Shown here: in pieces, positions 49,186 through 60,002 of the stretch
Layout of the letters: every line of letters starts with the position of its first letter
Position numbering within the stretch: position 1 is the first letter of the stretch
DNA from: Chlamydiota bacterium
GTDB taxonomy: Bacteria; Chlamydiota; Chlamydiia; Chlamydiales; SM23-39
NCBI GenBank assembly: GCA_038534095.1
Contig: JBCAXK010000003.1
Span: forward strand, 6,609 to 70,608
Direction: 5' to 3'
DNA length: 64,000 nt
Notes under the pieces: model-generated
The model's input: only the letters and a program-made list of their open reading frames with translations
Databases searched by the model: none
What the model was told of the DNA's origin: nothing
Position numbers and translations under genes: made by a program

Positions 49186-49446
49186 ATGATGATTTTACGT
49201 TTTATTGTGATGTTGCTAGTAGTCGTAGGTGCGATTAACTGGGGGCTTTGGGGATTTTTTCAATATGATCTAGTAGCATCTCTACTAGGTGGCCAGTCAG
49301 CTCCATTAGCAAGATTGGTCTACGCGATTGTGGGAATTGCTGGGATTTGGGCCATTAGCTTTTTTCCTGCCGTTTGTAAATCTTCTTCTTGCTGTTCTGG
49401 AGAGTCGAGCTCTTCTCACAATGACAAGAATCATGGAGATTCATGA
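49186..49446 (+). CDS. DUF378-family small membrane protein with a Cys/Ser-rich tail
   Basis: MMILRFIVMLLVVVGAINWGLWGFFQYDLVASLLGG... matches the DUF378 pattern from memory. AGGGAGG lies 5 nt before the ATG at 49186. The longer tracked ORF from 48955 looks like a spurious extension. Confidence 0.75.
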   Translation: MMILRFIVMLLVVVGAINWGLWGFFQYDLVASLLGGQSAPLARLVYAIVGIAGIWAISFFPAVCKSSSCCSGESSSSHNDKNHGDS

Positions 49447-49466
49447 ACAATTACAAGTAGGTAACT

Positions 49467-50369
49467 TTGCGGATACTTATTTCAGGATCGAGTGGTTTTA
49501 TAGGGACTTCCCTTTTTGCTCATCTCAAAACCAAAGGGCATGAGGTTATCTCTTTGGTTCGCGATGAAAAAAAAGGGGGAGTCTTTTTCCCTTTCGAAGG
49601 GAAGGGAGACGCATCTGCGTTAGAGAAACACTTTGATGCAGTGATCCATTTATGCGGAGAAAACATTGCTAGTGGCAGATGGACAAAAAAGAAAAAACAG
49701 CGTCTTGTAGAGAGCAGGATCAACACCACTGAGCAGCTTGTACGCGCCATCAATCAACTCCGCGATCCACCAAAACACCTTTTGGTGGCGTCAGGTCTTA
49801 GCTATTTCGGTTCAAGAGGAGACGCTTGGCTAACCGAATCGTCTCTTCCTGGGGAGGGGTTTTTAGCAAACCTTTGTCAAGATTGGGAACAGGCGGCTAA
49901 AGGAGCTATTTGCCCTGTATCTTATCTCCGTTTTGGGATGGTTCTAGGGCCCTACGGAAAGAAAAGCGCTCTTGATCAGATGATTCCCTTAGCAAAGAAA
50001 GGCTTAAGCGCTGTTTTGGGAACTGGGCGTCAGTACCTTTCTTGGATACACATCGATGACGCTGTCAGGGCGGTTGAATGGATTTTGAAAAAATCGTTAG
50101 AGGGTCCTGTCAACATCTGCTCTCAAGTGCCTGCGCAGCAAAAGGATTTTGCCAATCAGTTAGCAAAGTCTTTGCGCAGATGCCGCTTTCTACGCATACC
50201 TTCTTCTATTTTATCTCTGATCATTGGAGAAATGGCCCAGGAGCTCTTGCTCGCTAGCACAAGAGCGATGCCTGACAAATTATTGAAAGCAGGTTTTTGC
50301 TTCAAGTATCCTGAGCTTGAGCAGGCTTTGAGGGAGATCATCTCTTCTACAAAAACGGCAGCAAGTTAG
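49467..50369 (+). CDS. YfcH/TIGR01777-like epimerase-family protein (SDR with DUF1731-type C-terminus)
   Basis: N-terminal ILISGSSGFIGTSL and C-terminal MPDKLLKAGFCFKYPELEQALREI. TTG start in the ORF track. Confidence 0.8.
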   Translation: MRILISGSSGFIGTSLFAHLKTKGHEVISLVRDEKKGGVFFPFEGKGDASALEKHFDAVIHLCGENIASGRWTKKKKQRLVESRINTTEQLVRAINQLRDPPKHLLVASGLSYFGSRGDAWLTESSLPGEGFLANLCQDWEQAAKGAICPVSYLRFGMVLGPYGKKSALDQMIPLAKKGLSAVLGTGRQYLSWIHIDDAVRAVEWILKKSLEGPVNICSQVPAQQKDFANQLAKSLRRCRFLRIPSSILSLIIGEMAQELLLASTRAMPDKLLKAGFCFKYPELEQALREIISSTKTAAS

Positions 50370-50376
50370 AGGATCT

Positions 50377-50988
50377 ATGTTAGATTTTTCCGCAGATTCC
50401 CCCTGTGTACTCATCTGGACAAGCCCTCGCAAGGCAATACAAAAGATCATCGAAACCCATCCAAACTACCTCAATTTTCCCTTGGCTTTTTTGATCTCTT
50501 TAGATCGCCTACTCTTTGAAGCCAGCCAGCAATCTTTAGGCCTGCACTACAATTACTCAGTCATTTTGGGTTTGGCCATTTTGATTGGCATAGGATACGC
50601 TTTTGTATGGCTCTACTTTTTTGGTTGGATTTTGCAGCAAATTGGCAAGTGTTTTGGAGGCTCTGCCCCTTTTGCTCACGTAAGAACTGTTCTGGCTTGG
50701 GCCGGAGCCCCAGCGTTACTCTCGATTGCAGTCTGGTTTGCTCTTTTGCTTTTTTTCCCAAAGTCGACGTTCATCAAAATGGACAGCGGACCTTCTCTTC
50801 TATTTTTGTACTTCATCATGCTTATTCCAAGCGTTTGGAGCCTGGCTATAGGGATTATAGGGCTGCAAGAAGTGCAGCATTTTTCCGTAGGAAAAGCCGT
50901 GGGCAATTGGATCATTTTTTTTGCTATCTTTCTCTTATTCCAAAAGATAGGATTTTTTCTATGGGCATATTTCTTGACTTTTATGTGA
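50377..50988 (+). CDS. Yip1-like multi-pass membrane protein
   Basis: 203 aa with about five hydrophobic helices after a short soluble N-terminus. The family assignment is from overall resemblance only. Confidence 0.5.
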   Translation: MLDFSADSPCVLIWTSPRKAIQKIIETHPNYLNFPLAFLISLDRLLFEASQQSLGLHYNYSVILGLAILIGIGYAFVWLYFFGWILQQIGKCFGGSAPFAHVRTVLAWAGAPALLSIAVWFALLLFFPKSTFIKMDSGPSLLFLYFIMLIPSVWSLAIGIIGLQEVQHFSVGKAVGNWIIFFAIFLLFQKIGFFLWAYFLTFM

Positions 50989-51025
50989 AGAAAAGACCAT
51001 AATATTTATAAACCTACTTTTTTCT

Positions 51026-51340
51026 ATGTCTGATTTCACCGAAGATACGCTCCGTTATTTAGAGAAACTTTCTTGCATTCAATGCGACCCTGAAGAGGAA
51101 GAGAAAATTGCTCGCAGTTTGAAAAAAATTTTGGATTACGTAGAGCAGCTCGATGAAATCGACACAAAAGATATCCCCACTTTTTGGTCAGACAACCTTT
51201 CTTTTACAAGGCAAACGCTACGAGACGATCTCCCAAAAAATCTTCTCGATCACGATACTTATTTAGACAATGTCTCTGAAAAAACCGCTGGCATGATCAG
51301 GGTTCCTACCATTCTTGGTCCAAAAGGTGAGGAGCAATGA
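51026..51340 (+). CDS. gatC: Asp/Glu-tRNA amidotransferase subunit C
   Basis: 104 aa, first gene of the gatCAB operon, with an ATGA overlap onto gatA. Confidence 0.88.
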   Translation: MSDFTEDTLRYLEKLSCIQCDPEEEEKIARSLKKILDYVEQLDEIDTKDIPTFWSDNLSFTRQTLRDDLPKNLLDHDTYLDNVSEKTAGMIRVPTILGPKGEEQ

Positions 51341-52800
51341 AGGATTTACACACCTTTTCTGCAAAAAAATTGCGCGATCTTTTTCTGAAAGGGGATCTTT
51401 CAGCCGAGACCATCACCAAGCACTTTTTGTCTAGGATACAAACACATAACAAACGGCTTGGCGCTTTTTTAAAAGTCTTTGATGAGAAGTCACAAAAACA
51501 AGCGCGCGCTTTGGATAAAAAACGCTCTGCGGGAAAGCCTTTAGGCAAGCTTGCTGGCATTCCCATTGGGATCAAAGATAATACGCACATTCAGGGGGAA
51601 ATCACGACCTGCGCCTCAAAGTTTTTAGAACATTATCGAGCCCCTTTTAGCGCTAGCGTTGTCCGTTTTATGGAAGAAGAAGATGCTCTATTTTTAGGAA
51701 AGCTCAATTTAGATGAGTTTTCTATGGGCTCATCGAACGAAAACTCTGCTTATATGAACGCGCACAATCCTTGGAACACTGCCTGTACCCCAGGAGGTTC
51801 TTCTGGAGGGTCGGCAGCAGCGGTTTCAGCAAGACTTGTTCCTATGGCTACAGGGAGTGATACAGGGGGCTCAATCCGCCAACCGGCCGCTTTTTGTGGG
51901 ATTGTGGGTTTCAAGCCCACCTACGGGCGCGTTTCCCGTTATGGACTTGTCGCTTTCGGATCTTCTCTCGATCAGATAGGCCCTCTAGCTTCCTCTGTAG
52001 AAGATGCCGCGCTCATGATGGAAACCATTGGGCGCCCTTGCTCCCACGATCCGACCACCCTCTCTCTACCTGCAGATTCGTATTTAGATGCCAGTATTAC
52101 CGACTTAAAGGGGAAAGTGATCGGTGTCCCTTGGTCTTTTTTGAACAATTTACAAACAACTTCCCAAAAAAACTTTCAAACCTCTATCGATACCCTCAAA
52201 GATTTGGGAGCGAAAATCGAAGAGGTGGACCTTTCTCTCCTACGCTATTCGATTGCTGTGTACTACATCTTAGCGACTGCAGAAGCTTCGACAAACCTGT
52301 CTCGCTTTGATGGCATTCGTTATGGAACGCGTTCTGCAAGCGGCAGCTCGTTTGAAGAAATTTATCAAAAATCCCGTAATGAAGGTTTTGGTGACGAAGT
52401 CAAAAAGCGGATTTTACTCGGCACATTCGTCCTCTCTGCTGGGCATCAAGATGAGTTTTACAGAAAAGCACAAAAAATGCGGTATCTCATCCAAAAATCG
52501 TTCAACGAAGCCTTTGCAAAATGTGACTATGTGGTCATGCCCACATCCCCTGTATCAGCGTTCCCTTTGAATTCTTTTCAAGATCCTTTTGATATGTACT
52601 TGCAAGATATCTTGAGTATCCCTGCAAATCTTGCCTGTTTACCCGCTGTTTCTGTACCGGCAGGTTTTGATGAAAAAAACATGCCGCTCAGTTTGCAAAT
52701 TCTTGGACCACAGTGTCACGACTCTCTTGTTCTACAAGCAGCCCACGCATTTGAGAAGGCGACTCCCTACAAACATAGGATTCCTGAGGCCTTTGCATGA
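51337..52800 (+). CDS. gatA: Asp/Glu-tRNA amidotransferase subunit A
   Basis: Amidase signature GGSSGGSAAAVSARLVPMATGSDTGGSIRQPAAFCG. Confidence 0.95.
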   Translation: MKDLHTFSAKKLRDLFLKGDLSAETITKHFLSRIQTHNKRLGAFLKVFDEKSQKQARALDKKRSAGKPLGKLAGIPIGIKDNTHIQGEITTCASKFLEHYRAPFSASVVRFMEEEDALFLGKLNLDEFSMGSSNENSAYMNAHNPWNTACTPGGSSGGSAAAVSARLVPMATGSDTGGSIRQPAAFCGIVGFKPTYGRVSRYGLVAFGSSLDQIGPLASSVEDAALMMETIGRPCSHDPTTLSLPADSYLDASITDLKGKVIGVPWSFLNNLQTTSQKNFQTSIDTLKDLGAKIEEVDLSLLRYSIAVYYILATAEASTNLSRFDGIRYGTRSASGSSFEEIYQKSRNEGFGDEVKKRILLGTFVLSAGHQDEFYRKAQKMRYLIQKSFNEAFAKCDYVVMPTSPVSAFPLNSFQDPFDMYLQDILSIPANLACLPAVSVPAGFDEKNMPLSLQILGPQCHDSLVLQAAHAFEKATPYKHRIPEAFA

Positions 52801-54257
52801 ACGATCAATGGGAAGCTATCATTGGGCTAGAAATCCACATTCAGCTCAACACAAAAACCAAACTCTTTTCCCCGGCTCCGAATGCTTTTGGGCAAGAACC
52901 GAATCAAAATATTAGCGTTATTTGCACGGGGCAACCAGGATCTTTGCCACTATTGAATCGAGAAGCGGTAAAAAAAGCAGTTCAGTTTGGTCTTGCCGTA
53001 GGAGCAAAGATTCAAAAACACAGCTCTTTTGATCGGAAGTCCTACTTTTATCCCGATTCTCCAAGGAATTTTCAAATCACCCAATTTTTCCATCCTATCT
53101 TGCTAGGTGGTAGCGTCACGATTCAGCTAGAAAGTGAAGGCAAGGCTTTTGAAAAAGTGATCGACATCCAAAGCGCGCATTTAGAAGATGATGCTGGAAA
53201 TTTGCGCCACTTTTCTGCATTTAGCGGAGTCGATGACAATCGAGCGGGAGCTCCTCTTTTGGAAATTGTCTCAGAGCCTTGCCTCAGATCTGGTCAGGAA
53301 GCTGCTCTCTACGCCCAAGCCATTCGGTCCGTTTTTCAGTATTTAGAAGCCTCGGAAGGGAATCTGGACCAAGGCCAGATGCGCATGGACGCCAATATTT
53401 CTGTTCGGAGAAAAGGAGAAAGCTCTCTCCGGAATAAAGTAGAAATCAAAAATATGAACTCCTTTCATTTTTTAGAAATGGCGATTGAAGAGGAAACGAC
53501 CCGGCAAATTGCCCTCTACGAAAAGGATCCTAACGCCATTATCCCCTCTTCGACCTGCCGGTTTGATCCAGCAACAAAAACAATCGCTGTTATGCGGGTA
53601 AAAGAGTCAACAGGCGATTACAGGTACATGCCAGAGCCAGATATTCCTCCTGTTGTGATTGAAGACCTGTTCATTGAAGAGTTGCAACAATCTCTTCCAG
53701 AATTAGCGCCAGCGCGGAAAAAGCGGTATATCGAAACGATGAACCTTTCCCCAAGCAGCGCCTCTCTCCTTACGTTAGATAAAAAGCTTTCCGACTATTT
53801 CGAGCAAGCGCTTGCTTCGTGTAAATCTCCAAAAATGTTAGCGAACTGGATCACAGTAGAATTTGCAGGCAAACTAAAACCCTTGGGAAAAACGCTTTTG
53901 CATACAAATATCCCCCCCGCCTCTTTAGGACAGCTGGTCCATTTGATTGAAACGGGAAAAATTACAGCGCGCATGGGCAAAGATATTGGAGATGAGATGA
54001 TCGAATATCCTAGGAAAACGCCGAAGGAAATCGTGGAGAACAACCCCAATTATGCGCCCATCGATGATCCAAAGGCTCTTTCTCCTTTAATCGATGCTAT
54101 TCTCGAAGCAAACCCCCAATCGATCACCGATTTCAAACAAGGCCGCAAAAAAGCCTTTGCTTTTTTGGTAGGGCAAGTGATGAAAACAACCAAGGGAAAA
54201 GCGGACCCGAGTCTTGTGAGTCGCCTTATTGAGAAAAAACTTGACGCCAACCCTTAA
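52797..54257 (+). CDS. gatB: Asp/Glu-tRNA amidotransferase subunit B
   Basis: WEAIIGLEIHIQLNTKTKLFS and SYFYPDSPRNFQITQ, with a C-terminal YqeY-like tail (ANWI...GQVMKTTKGKADP). Confidence 0.95.
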   Translation: MNDQWEAIIGLEIHIQLNTKTKLFSPAPNAFGQEPNQNISVICTGQPGSLPLLNREAVKKAVQFGLAVGAKIQKHSSFDRKSYFYPDSPRNFQITQFFHPILLGGSVTIQLESEGKAFEKVIDIQSAHLEDDAGNLRHFSAFSGVDDNRAGAPLLEIVSEPCLRSGQEAALYAQAIRSVFQYLEASEGNLDQGQMRMDANISVRRKGESSLRNKVEIKNMNSFHFLEMAIEEETTRQIALYEKDPNAIIPSSTCRFDPATKTIAVMRVKESTGDYRYMPEPDIPPVVIEDLFIEELQQSLPELAPARKKRYIETMNLSPSSASLLTLDKKLSDYFEQALASCKSPKMLANWITVEFAGKLKPLGKTLLHTNIPPASLGQLVHLIETGKITARMGKDIGDEMIEYPRKTPKEIVENNPNYAPIDDPKALSPLIDAILEANPQSITDFKQGRKKAFAFLVGQVMKTTKGKADPSLVSRLIEKKLDANP

Positions 54258-54358
54258 TCTTCACTAAAACCAGGTTGAGGAGGGCGTTTCTTGAATCACC
54301 TGGCTTTGAAGAATTGTTAGTCTATTCTCATAAAGACGGAAGTAGGCGCTTACGGGTG

Positions 54359-55768
54359 ATGGCTGTAAGCCTTTTCCTATCTACAATCTTGTCTGCTTGC
54401 GCCCAAACGCAAGCTGTTCTAGATCCTTATGCTTTGGCCCCCTGCCTCCCTAACGCTCTTTATGATCAAGAAACTGGGGGAAGCTCGCTCATTTCCTCGA
54501 GCTATTTTCATACCTATTTGCCAAAAAACTACGATCAAGAGGAGCTCTCTTTAGCTGAGCTGATCGATATTGCTCTCTACAACAACCCGAACACCAAAAT
54601 CTCATGGGCAGAAGCAAGGCAAAAAGCGGCTGTTTACGCGCAATCAAGTAGCGCGTATTTCCCTAAAATCGATGCAAACGCCATCTATCAAAGAGAGCGG
54701 GAAACATTTTCCCTATCGGAGAGTTTTACCATCCCCTACCTGCTAACAACAGCAGGACCAGAAATCAACCTTAGCTATACCCTGCTCGATTTTGGGAAAA
54801 GAAAGGCCTCCTCAGAATCGGCGTTGCAAGGCTTGATTTTTGCCGACTTATCCCACAACCGCACTTTACAACAATCGATCAAAGTAGTGATGGATGATTA
54901 TTACAACTATCTTTTTGAAAAAGAGCGCCTTGTTGCTTCAGAAGCCGATCTAATGAACGCCCAAGAAACGCTCAAAGCAGCGCAGGACAAAGGAGCATTA
55001 GGGATTGTCGCAAGAGGAGATATTGCTCAAGCAAAAACGGCGTTCATTCAGGCAAAAATTGCTGTGATTCGTCAAAAACGGGCTGCATCTATGAGTTTTT
55101 CTCAGCTAGCCAAAAATTTAGGCCTTCCAGCTAGCATCTGTTTTCAAGTGGAGCCTCTTCCTGAAAAAGTGACCACCTCCGAAGTGATCGATGATGTCGA
55201 AGATTTGGTCGAGCGAGCACAAAACTGGCGCCCAGACTTGCAAGCAGCGCTTGTCGATTTGGCGCAAAAACGGGCCGATCTTTCTGGGGCCGAGGCCAAT
55301 TACGCCCCAACCGTTTCTGCCAATTTTGATTTGGGAAAATATTGGTATGATCACCGGCAGGATGAAGATTACCATTGGACCTTCTTATTCAAACTCGACT
55401 TCCCCCTATTTGAAGGGTTTTTGCGCAGAAATATCGTACGAGAAAAAAAAGCGGCTGTAGAAAAAAGCGCGGCGCAGCTTTTAGGCAAAGAGCTCTCAGT
55501 GATTGGGGAAGTACAAGATGCGTACACAGATTTTTTGTCAGCAAAAGAGTCGCTCCACTTTTCTGAGGAGTACCTGCTCGAAGCAGATATTCAGTTCGCC
55601 ATTGCTTTAGAAAGCTACAGAACAGGAACAAATACGATTTTAGATCTGCTGTCTGCCCAAAGCGCGGTCGCTGACGCAAAAGCGAAATTGGCTGAGGCAA
55701 AAAAAAACTGGTACCAGGCCCTCGCGCTTGTGGCTTATAGCACTGGCGTTTTAGGTATGCCGACTTGA
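54359..55768 (+). CDS. TolC-like outer membrane efflux protein (OMF), probable lipoprotein
   Basis: The ATG at 54359 gives MAVSLFLSTILSACAQ (lipobox LSAC). Two OEP-type repeats are present, and it is the first gene of the efflux operon. Confidence 0.8.
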   Translation: MAVSLFLSTILSACAQTQAVLDPYALAPCLPNALYDQETGGSSLISSSYFHTYLPKNYDQEELSLAELIDIALYNNPNTKISWAEARQKAAVYAQSSSAYFPKIDANAIYQRERETFSLSESFTIPYLLTTAGPEINLSYTLLDFGKRKASSESALQGLIFADLSHNRTLQQSIKVVMDDYYNYLFEKERLVASEADLMNAQETLKAAQDKGALGIVARGDIAQAKTAFIQAKIAVIRQKRAASMSFSQLAKNLGLPASICFQVEPLPEKVTTSEVIDDVEDLVERAQNWRPDLQAALVDLAQKRADLSGAEANYAPTVSANFDLGKYWYDHRQDEDYHWTFLFKLDFPLFEGFLRRNIVREKKAAVEKSAAQLLGKELSVIGEVQDAYTDFLSAKESLHFSEEYLLEADIQFAIALESYRTGTNTILDLLSAQSAVADAKAKLAEAKKNWYQALALVAYSTGVLGMPT

Positions 55769-55788
55769 GAAACCCTGATGGAGCACTT

Positions 55789-56880
55789 ATGCAAAGATTG
55801 TTGATTCTCTTCTGTTTTCTTCTTGGCGCTTGCACAAAACCTGCTCCGATCAAACAATCCCCTTCCTATCCTGTCCGGGCAGAAAAAGTTCTGAAAAAAG
55901 ATGTCCCTATCTACTTGGAGACTATTGGGAATGTGGAGCCTACCATCCATGTGAATATTACCTCAAGGGTGCAGGGAGAAATTACAGGAGTCTACTTTGA
56001 GGAGGGGCAAGAGGTGGACCAGGGAGACCTGCTCTTCACCATCGATCCTAGAACTTTTGAAGCTTCGCTACGAAAAGCAGAAGGAGAGGCGCAAGAATAC
56101 GCCGCTAAGCTTGATATCGCCCGGGAAAAAGTCCTCCGATTTTCCCCTCTTGCCGAAGAGGACTATTACGCAAAAATCCAATTTGATGAGCTCAAAAGTA
56201 ACCTGCATGCTTTGGAGGGTTCCTATTTACAAGCAAAAGCGTCGGTCGATTCTGCAAAAGTCGAACTAGGCTACTGCTGGATCTACTCCCCTTTGAAGGG
56301 GAGAACGGGGATCTTGCAAGTCGATCAAGGAAATATCCTCCCAGGAACAGAAAAAGAGACGCTTGTCAGCGTGAATCAAATCCGCCCCACTTACGTCACC
56401 TTTTTCTTCCCAGAAAAATATCTTTCTGAAATCCAACGTTTTAAAAAGAGCTCTTCGTGCCTACAAACCGTGGTGAGCCGGGATGGATTTCGCCAGGATT
56501 TCTTGTATGGAAAGCTCGAAATGCTTGATAACACTATTGATACAGACACAGGAACGATCACCTTAAAAGCGATTTTTCCCAACGAACAAGAGGCGTTATG
56601 GCCTGGGCAATACGTACAAGTGCGCCTCATTTTATACGTAGAAAAAGAAGCTTTGTTACTCCCCTACTCTGCCATTCATTACGATAGTCAAGGAGCCTTT
56701 GCTTTCATGATTTCCCACGAAGAGACCATTAGCAAGCGGTATTTGCACCTAGGGAAACGTATTGGGGATGAGGTGATCGTGGAGAAAGGGGCACAAGACG
56801 GTGAGCTGGCTGTCACTTTAGGAGGACAAAATCTTTTTACAGGAGCTAAGGTCTCTATGGAAAAGGGGGATCGCTCTTGA
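55789..56880 (+). CDS. RND efflux membrane fusion (periplasmic adaptor) protein, lipoprotein
   Basis: MQRLLILFCFLLGACTKP (lipobox LGAC), a lipoyl-like hairpin (GDLLFTIDP) and a coiled-coil hairpin. Confidence 0.85.
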   Translation: MQRLLILFCFLLGACTKPAPIKQSPSYPVRAEKVLKKDVPIYLETIGNVEPTIHVNITSRVQGEITGVYFEEGQEVDQGDLLFTIDPRTFEASLRKAEGEAQEYAAKLDIAREKVLRFSPLAEEDYYAKIQFDELKSNLHALEGSYLQAKASVDSAKVELGYCWIYSPLKGRTGILQVDQGNILPGTEKETLVSVNQIRPTYVTFFFPEKYLSEIQRFKKSSSCLQTVVSRDGFRQDFLYGKLEMLDNTIDTDTGTITLKAIFPNEQEALWPGQYVQVRLILYVEKEALLLPYSAIHYDSQGAFAFMISHEETISKRYLHLGKRIGDEVIVEKGAQDGELAVTLGGQNLFTGAKVSMEKGDRS

Positions 56881-59800
56881 ACCTATCGAAACCCTTTGTT
56901 GAGCGGCCCGTGATGACCAGTCTCGTCATGATCGCAGCCGCAATTTTTGGTCTTTTTGCTTACAGATTTCTTCCCGTATCGGATTTACCCGACGTAGAGT
57001 TTCCCACCATCACTGTGAGCGTATCTTACCCGGGAGCGAGCCCAGAAACAATCGCCGCTACTTGCGCAGTTCCACTAGAAAGAGAATTTTTAACCATCGA
57101 TGGTTTGGAGATGCTCTTTTCCAATAACATCACCGGGACATCGACCCTAGTCCTACAATTCTCCTTGAGTAAATCGATGGACACAGCCTCTTTAGATGTG
57201 CAAGCAGCAATCAATCGAGCTCTTCCAAAACTGCCTTCAGATCTTCCCTACAATCCCACTTACAAAAAAATCAACCCGGCGCAAACACCGATCTTATACA
57301 TTGCTGTGACTTCAGAAGCCATGGATCAGCAAGAACTCTATGATTACGGCAACACCTATATTGGGCAGCGTTTGAGTACGATCGAAGGGGTATCACAAGT
57401 GGTCACCTTTGGATCGCCTTACGCTGCAAGAATTCAAATTGACCCCGGGAAAATCGCTCATAGAGGCATTGCGATGGAAGATATTGTCTCTGCGATTGCT
57501 GATGGGAATGTTGACCTGCCAACAGGCGTTCTTTATGGAGAAAAACGGGAAACGACCATTGACGTCTTTGGCCAGCTTCAAGAGGCAAGCGAGTACAATT
57601 CTTTAGCGATCAAATCTTCTAAGCAAAAACTGACCAAAATTCATGATGTGGGCCGCGCCCTAAGAAGCTTTCAAGATGATAAAGTGCGTGAAATCTTTCG
57701 GCAAAAAGGGGTAACGATTCCGTGCATTGTCCTGGCCATTCAAACCCTTCCAGGAGCCAACGCTGTTGCTGTCAATGATCACATTTTTTCTCTCTTACCC
57801 GGCTTACAAAAAGAGCTGCCTGCTTCTCTTCGCTACCACACGATCTACAGTAAAAAAGAGGTGATCATCGACTCGGTCGATGATGTGAAGCTCACTCTAT
57901 TCATTGCGCTCATCCTCGTGATTTTGATTATCTACGCCTTCTTTGGTAAGTGGCTCAATACCCTAATTCCCGCTTTTGCGATCCCTATGTCTCTTCTAGC
58001 CACCTTTTGCGCTCTTTATCTTGCCGGTTTTAGTATCGACATTCTCTCGTTACTGGCGTTAACCCTCTCGATCGGCTTTTTGGTCGATGATGCCATTGTA
58101 GTTTTGGAAAATACAATACGACGTATGCATATGGGCCATTCTCCAAGAGAAGCGACGATCAAAGGAGCTGAAGAGATCAGCGTAACGATCATTTCGATGA
58201 CCCTTTGTCTCATCAGTGTATTTTTACCCCTCTTCTTCATGGGGAGTATTTTGGGGCGCCTATTTCGTGAATTTGCCTTCACGATTGTCACAGCGGTCTT
58301 TTTTTCTGGGGTCGTTTCGTTGACACTCACCCCTCTTCTTTGTAGCCGCTACATCTCTTCTAGTCGGACAAAAAAACAAAATCCTTTAGAAAAAATCTCC
58401 TATTCTTGGCAAAACGCCCTATTACGCCGTTATGAAAAAGCTCTTGTTTGGGCGTTAAAAAAACGGATATGGATCCTAGGGTTAGGAGTCCTATCTTTAG
58501 TTGGCTCTTTTCTCCTTTTCAAAAAATTGGACACAGATTTTCTCCCTTCTCAAGATGAAGGTTTCATTCAAGCGTTCACCCAGTCACAAGATGGCACCTC
58601 GCCTTTCTTGCAAAAAAAACTCCAAGATCAGGTCGTTGACCTTTGTATTGACAATCCAGGTGTAGATACGATTATCTCGGTCACATCGATTCAAGGGATG
58701 ATCAACGATAATCAAGGTCTCTTTTTCCTAAAACTCCGCCCCATTTCTGAAAGAGCTTCTGTATTTGCTTTGATCAAAGCACTCACAAAAAAAGTTGCGC
58801 AAATCCCTGGCATTAGCACCTACCTATCCCCTCTTCCTCTAATCAATCTTACTCTAGGAACAACTACAAAAGCCCTCTACCAATTTTCTCTTTCTGGTTT
58901 GGACACAAAAGATTTGTACCCTTCGGCAGAAACATTTGTAAAAAAAATGCGTCAGCGCTCCGACCTGTTTACCGATGTTTCCTCCGATTTGCAAATTGGC
59001 CAACCTCAAGTAGAGCTCTCCATCGATAGAGAGCGCGCTTCTCAGTTAGGACTCGATGCAAAAAATATTGAAACCCTATTGAAAAATGCCTATTCCGATA
59101 ACAAAGTGTCTACAATCAACACCACAATCAATCAATACGACGTCATTGTAGAAACGTTGCCCGAATTTTATAGAAACGAAGAAGCCTTTTCTTTTTTGTT
59201 TTTGCGCAATGGAGAAGGGAACCTTGTCCCTCTAAAAGAAGTGGTTTCCATGAAAAAAAAGGCGGGGCCTTTATCCATCATCAGGATCAATAGCCTACCT
59301 GCTGTGACGATCTCCTTCAATGTCGCTCCGGGTAAAACCTTAGGTAGCGCTCTTAAGGCTCTTGAGCTGTTTACAAAAGACCTACCTAGGTCGGTTACAG
59401 GCCAGCCGCAAGGCTCTACAGCTGCTTTTGCAGGAATGGCCCGATCTTTTTCGCTTCTTTTCTTGCTAACGGTCTTTGTGATCTACATCATTTTAGGCAT
59501 TTTATATGAAAGCTTTATCCATCCTATTACAGTCATGAGCGCCCTGCCTCCAGCCGCATTTGGAGGGCTCTTTTCTTTGTACATTATGGGAGAGTCTCTT
59601 TCTATTTTTTCTTTTGTAGGGCTCATTATGCTGATCGGCATCGTCATGAAAAATGGGATCATGATGATCGATTTTGCTGTAGTCAATCTAGCCAAAGGGG
59701 AACCAAAAACAAAAGCGATTTATGATGCCTGCATTGTCCGTTTTCGGCCGATCATCATGACAACGATGGCTGCTCTTATGGGCGCTTTACCCATTGCCCT

Positions 59801-60002
59801 TGGCATTGGGGGGCCAAGTGCTAGCACAAGAGCTCCCCTTGGGGTGGCCGTTGTCGGAGGGCTTATTTTTTCGCAAATACTGACACTATTTCTAACACCT
59901 GTCCTCTTTGACTATCTCGAAACTCTTCGGGAATATTTCCAAAAAACTACTCGCAAAAAAAAGCCCAGAAAGTCCCCCAAAAAGGATCAGGGTCTTGGAT
60001 GA
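56877..60002 (+). CDS. RND inner-membrane efflux transporter (HAE1-like)
   Basis: 1041 aa with 12-TM AcrB-like topology. The TM4 motif is SIGFLVDDAIVVLEN. TTG start overlaps the MFP stop. Confidence 0.93.
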   Translation: MNLSKPFVERPVMTSLVMIAAAIFGLFAYRFLPVSDLPDVEFPTITVSVSYPGASPETIAATCAVPLEREFLTIDGLEMLFSNNITGTSTLVLQFSLSKSMDTASLDVQAAINRALPKLPSDLPYNPTYKKINPAQTPILYIAVTSEAMDQQELYDYGNTYIGQRLSTIEGVSQVVTFGSPYAARIQIDPGKIAHRGIAMEDIVSAIADGNVDLPTGVLYGEKRETTIDVFGQLQEASEYNSLAIKSSKQKLTKIHDVGRALRSFQDDKVREIFRQKGVTIPCIVLAIQTLPGANAVAVNDHIFSLLPGLQKELPASLRYHTIYSKKEVIIDSVDDVKLTLFIALILVILIIYAFFGKWLNTLIPAFAIPMSLLATFCALYLAGFSIDILSLLALTLSIGFLVDDAIVVLENTIRRMHMGHSPREATIKGAEEISVTIISMTLCLISVFLPLFFMGSILGRLFREFAFTIVTAVFFSGVVSLTLTPLLCSRYISSSRTKKQNPLEKISYSWQNALLRRYEKALVWALKKRIWILGLGVLSLVGSFLLFKKLDTDFLPSQDEGFIQAFTQSQDGTSPFLQKKLQDQVVDLCIDNPGVDTIISVTSIQGMINDNQGLFFLKLRPISERASVFALIKALTKKVAQIPGISTYLSPLPLINLTLGTTTKALYQFSLSGLDTKDLYPSAETFVKKMRQRSDLFTDVSSDLQIGQPQVELSIDRERASQLGLDAKNIETLLKNAYSDNKVSTINTTINQYDVIVETLPEFYRNEEAFSFLFLRNGEGNLVPLKEVVSMKKKAGPLSIIRINSLPAVTISFNVAPGKTLGSALKALELFTKDLPRSVTGQPQGSTAAFAGMARSFSLLFLLTVFVIYIILGILYESFIHPITVMSALPPAAFGGLFSLYIMGESLSIFSFVGLIMLIGIVMKNGIMMIDFAVVNLAKGEPKTKAIYDACIVRFRPIIMTTMAALMGALPIALGIGGPSASTRAPLGVAVVGGLIFSQILTLFLTPVLFDYLETLREYFQKTTRKKKPRKSPKKDQGLG

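Noticed and set aside
54359-60002. OMF-first gene order (as in czcCBA/cusCBA) suggesting a heavy-metal efflux system
   Set aside because: The RND TM4 motif reads SIGFLVDDAIVVLEN. This is the multidrug/HAE1-type DDAIVV(V/L)EN, not the HME-type DFG...DGA...EN signature. A generic RND efflux call is kept.
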